NCBI GenBank assembly: GCA_013265495.1
Contig: MU058636.1
Location: 2,666,001 to 2,730,000, forward strand
Source: Vicugna vicugna
Taxonomy: Eukaryota
DNA: 64,000 nt
Reading direction: 5' to 3'
Under the pieces are notes generated by a model. It saw only the letters and a list, made by a program, of their open reading frames with translations. It had not been told where the DNA came from and did no database searches. The position numbers were made by a program, and so were the translations under genes. Position 1 is the stretch's first letter, and each line of letters starts with the position of its first letter. This document shows, piece by piece, positions 63,201-64,000 of this stretch.

Positions 63201-64000
63201 GGGCCTGGGTTGGAAGCCAGTGGCGGGCAGGCGGGTCATTGGTGTTTAAGGGGTACAGGCTGCTCCAGGTGACAAGTGGTAGACTGCACCCACCTCAGCC
63301 GCAGTAACTCCCAGGGAGAAGTCACAAAACCATGGAACGTTAAGTTAGCTTAGGACTTTATAGGGTTTATAGCTCAGAAATGCGTACAAGAGGTCACGGG
63401 TTCTCCTTTTCAGTATCTTCTCTGGAACTGCACACTTTGTGCATCAGTGAACCAAGGTTCAGGTGCGGTGGACCTGTAGGGATGGGCATTTTTCCTCCAA
63501 AATTATACTTTTTTCAAATGTCACCTGTCCCTTTGGAGTCTCATCCCACATTCCAGGAGTATCCTCTGTCTCTCCCGTCCTCTCGGGAGTTTCTGCTGGG
63601 AGGAGCTGCTTTTTTCACAGTTGCCTAAGGCTTTGAATTTCTGCTTCTCTTAAATTAACTCAGCTTACGGGTCCTACCATTCTGCACGCAGCATCCCTCT
63701 GCACCTGGCGTAGCCCTGCCCCCTTTGTTGATTTCCAAGACTCTTTGTGCTTTATGATGCTGGGGGCTCCATTAGGGAATTAAATTCGGGTTTGGAGGTC
63801 AGGAGAGAAAAAGGAAGCTCAAGGAAAGTAGACTTAGGAGTCATTTACTTAGAAGTGACATAAAAGGGATGAGACTGACAGGAGCATATGTACAGAGGAG
63901 GAAGGAGGACAGGACAGCACCTCTGTAGGGGCCGAGGAGGAGGAAAGGAAAAGAAAGAAAACACAGGCGATGCTGAGAAAGGTTGCTGAAAACAGGAGAG

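Noticed and set aside
1..64000. CRISPR arrays, operons, prokaryotic systems, NUMTs, processed pseudogenes
   Set aside because: The sequence is mammalian intron/exon DNA. I saw no regularly spaced repeat-spacer array, mitochondrial-like segment or retrocopied mRNA, though a highly diverged one could be missed without a database search.

Overview
Mammalian genomic DNA, most likely camelid (camel/alpaca/llama), judged from a tRNA-Ala-derived Vic-1-type SINE and camelid-style L1 3' ends. The window lies inside a large + strand gene that I recognise as MTUS2 (TIP150/CAZIP, microtubule-associated scaffold protein 2). Three internal coding exons (28382-28543, 48316-48414, 54794-55005) have canonical AG/GT boundaries and compatible phases (1-1, 1-1, 1-0); start and stop codons lie outside the window. 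The rest is intron filled with old and young L1 fragments, L2, MIR, MaLR/ERVL LTRs, hAT MER elements and simple repeats. Almost all ORFs in the supplied track are spurious or repeat-derived. I do not see a convincing new biological system. The best second-look items are: an exon with 70/70 G/C-ending codons inside an intragenic CpG island (possible biased gene conversion or internal promoter); an unexplained 68-nt near-perfect hairpin at 39497-39564; two L1 insertions with double tails suggesting short 3' transductions; an orphan L1 RT fragment; and an L1/MaLR-internal chimera. Repeat subfamily names and comparisons with human come from memory and need checking with RepeatMasker/BLAST. Repeat boundaries are approximate unless a TSD is given.
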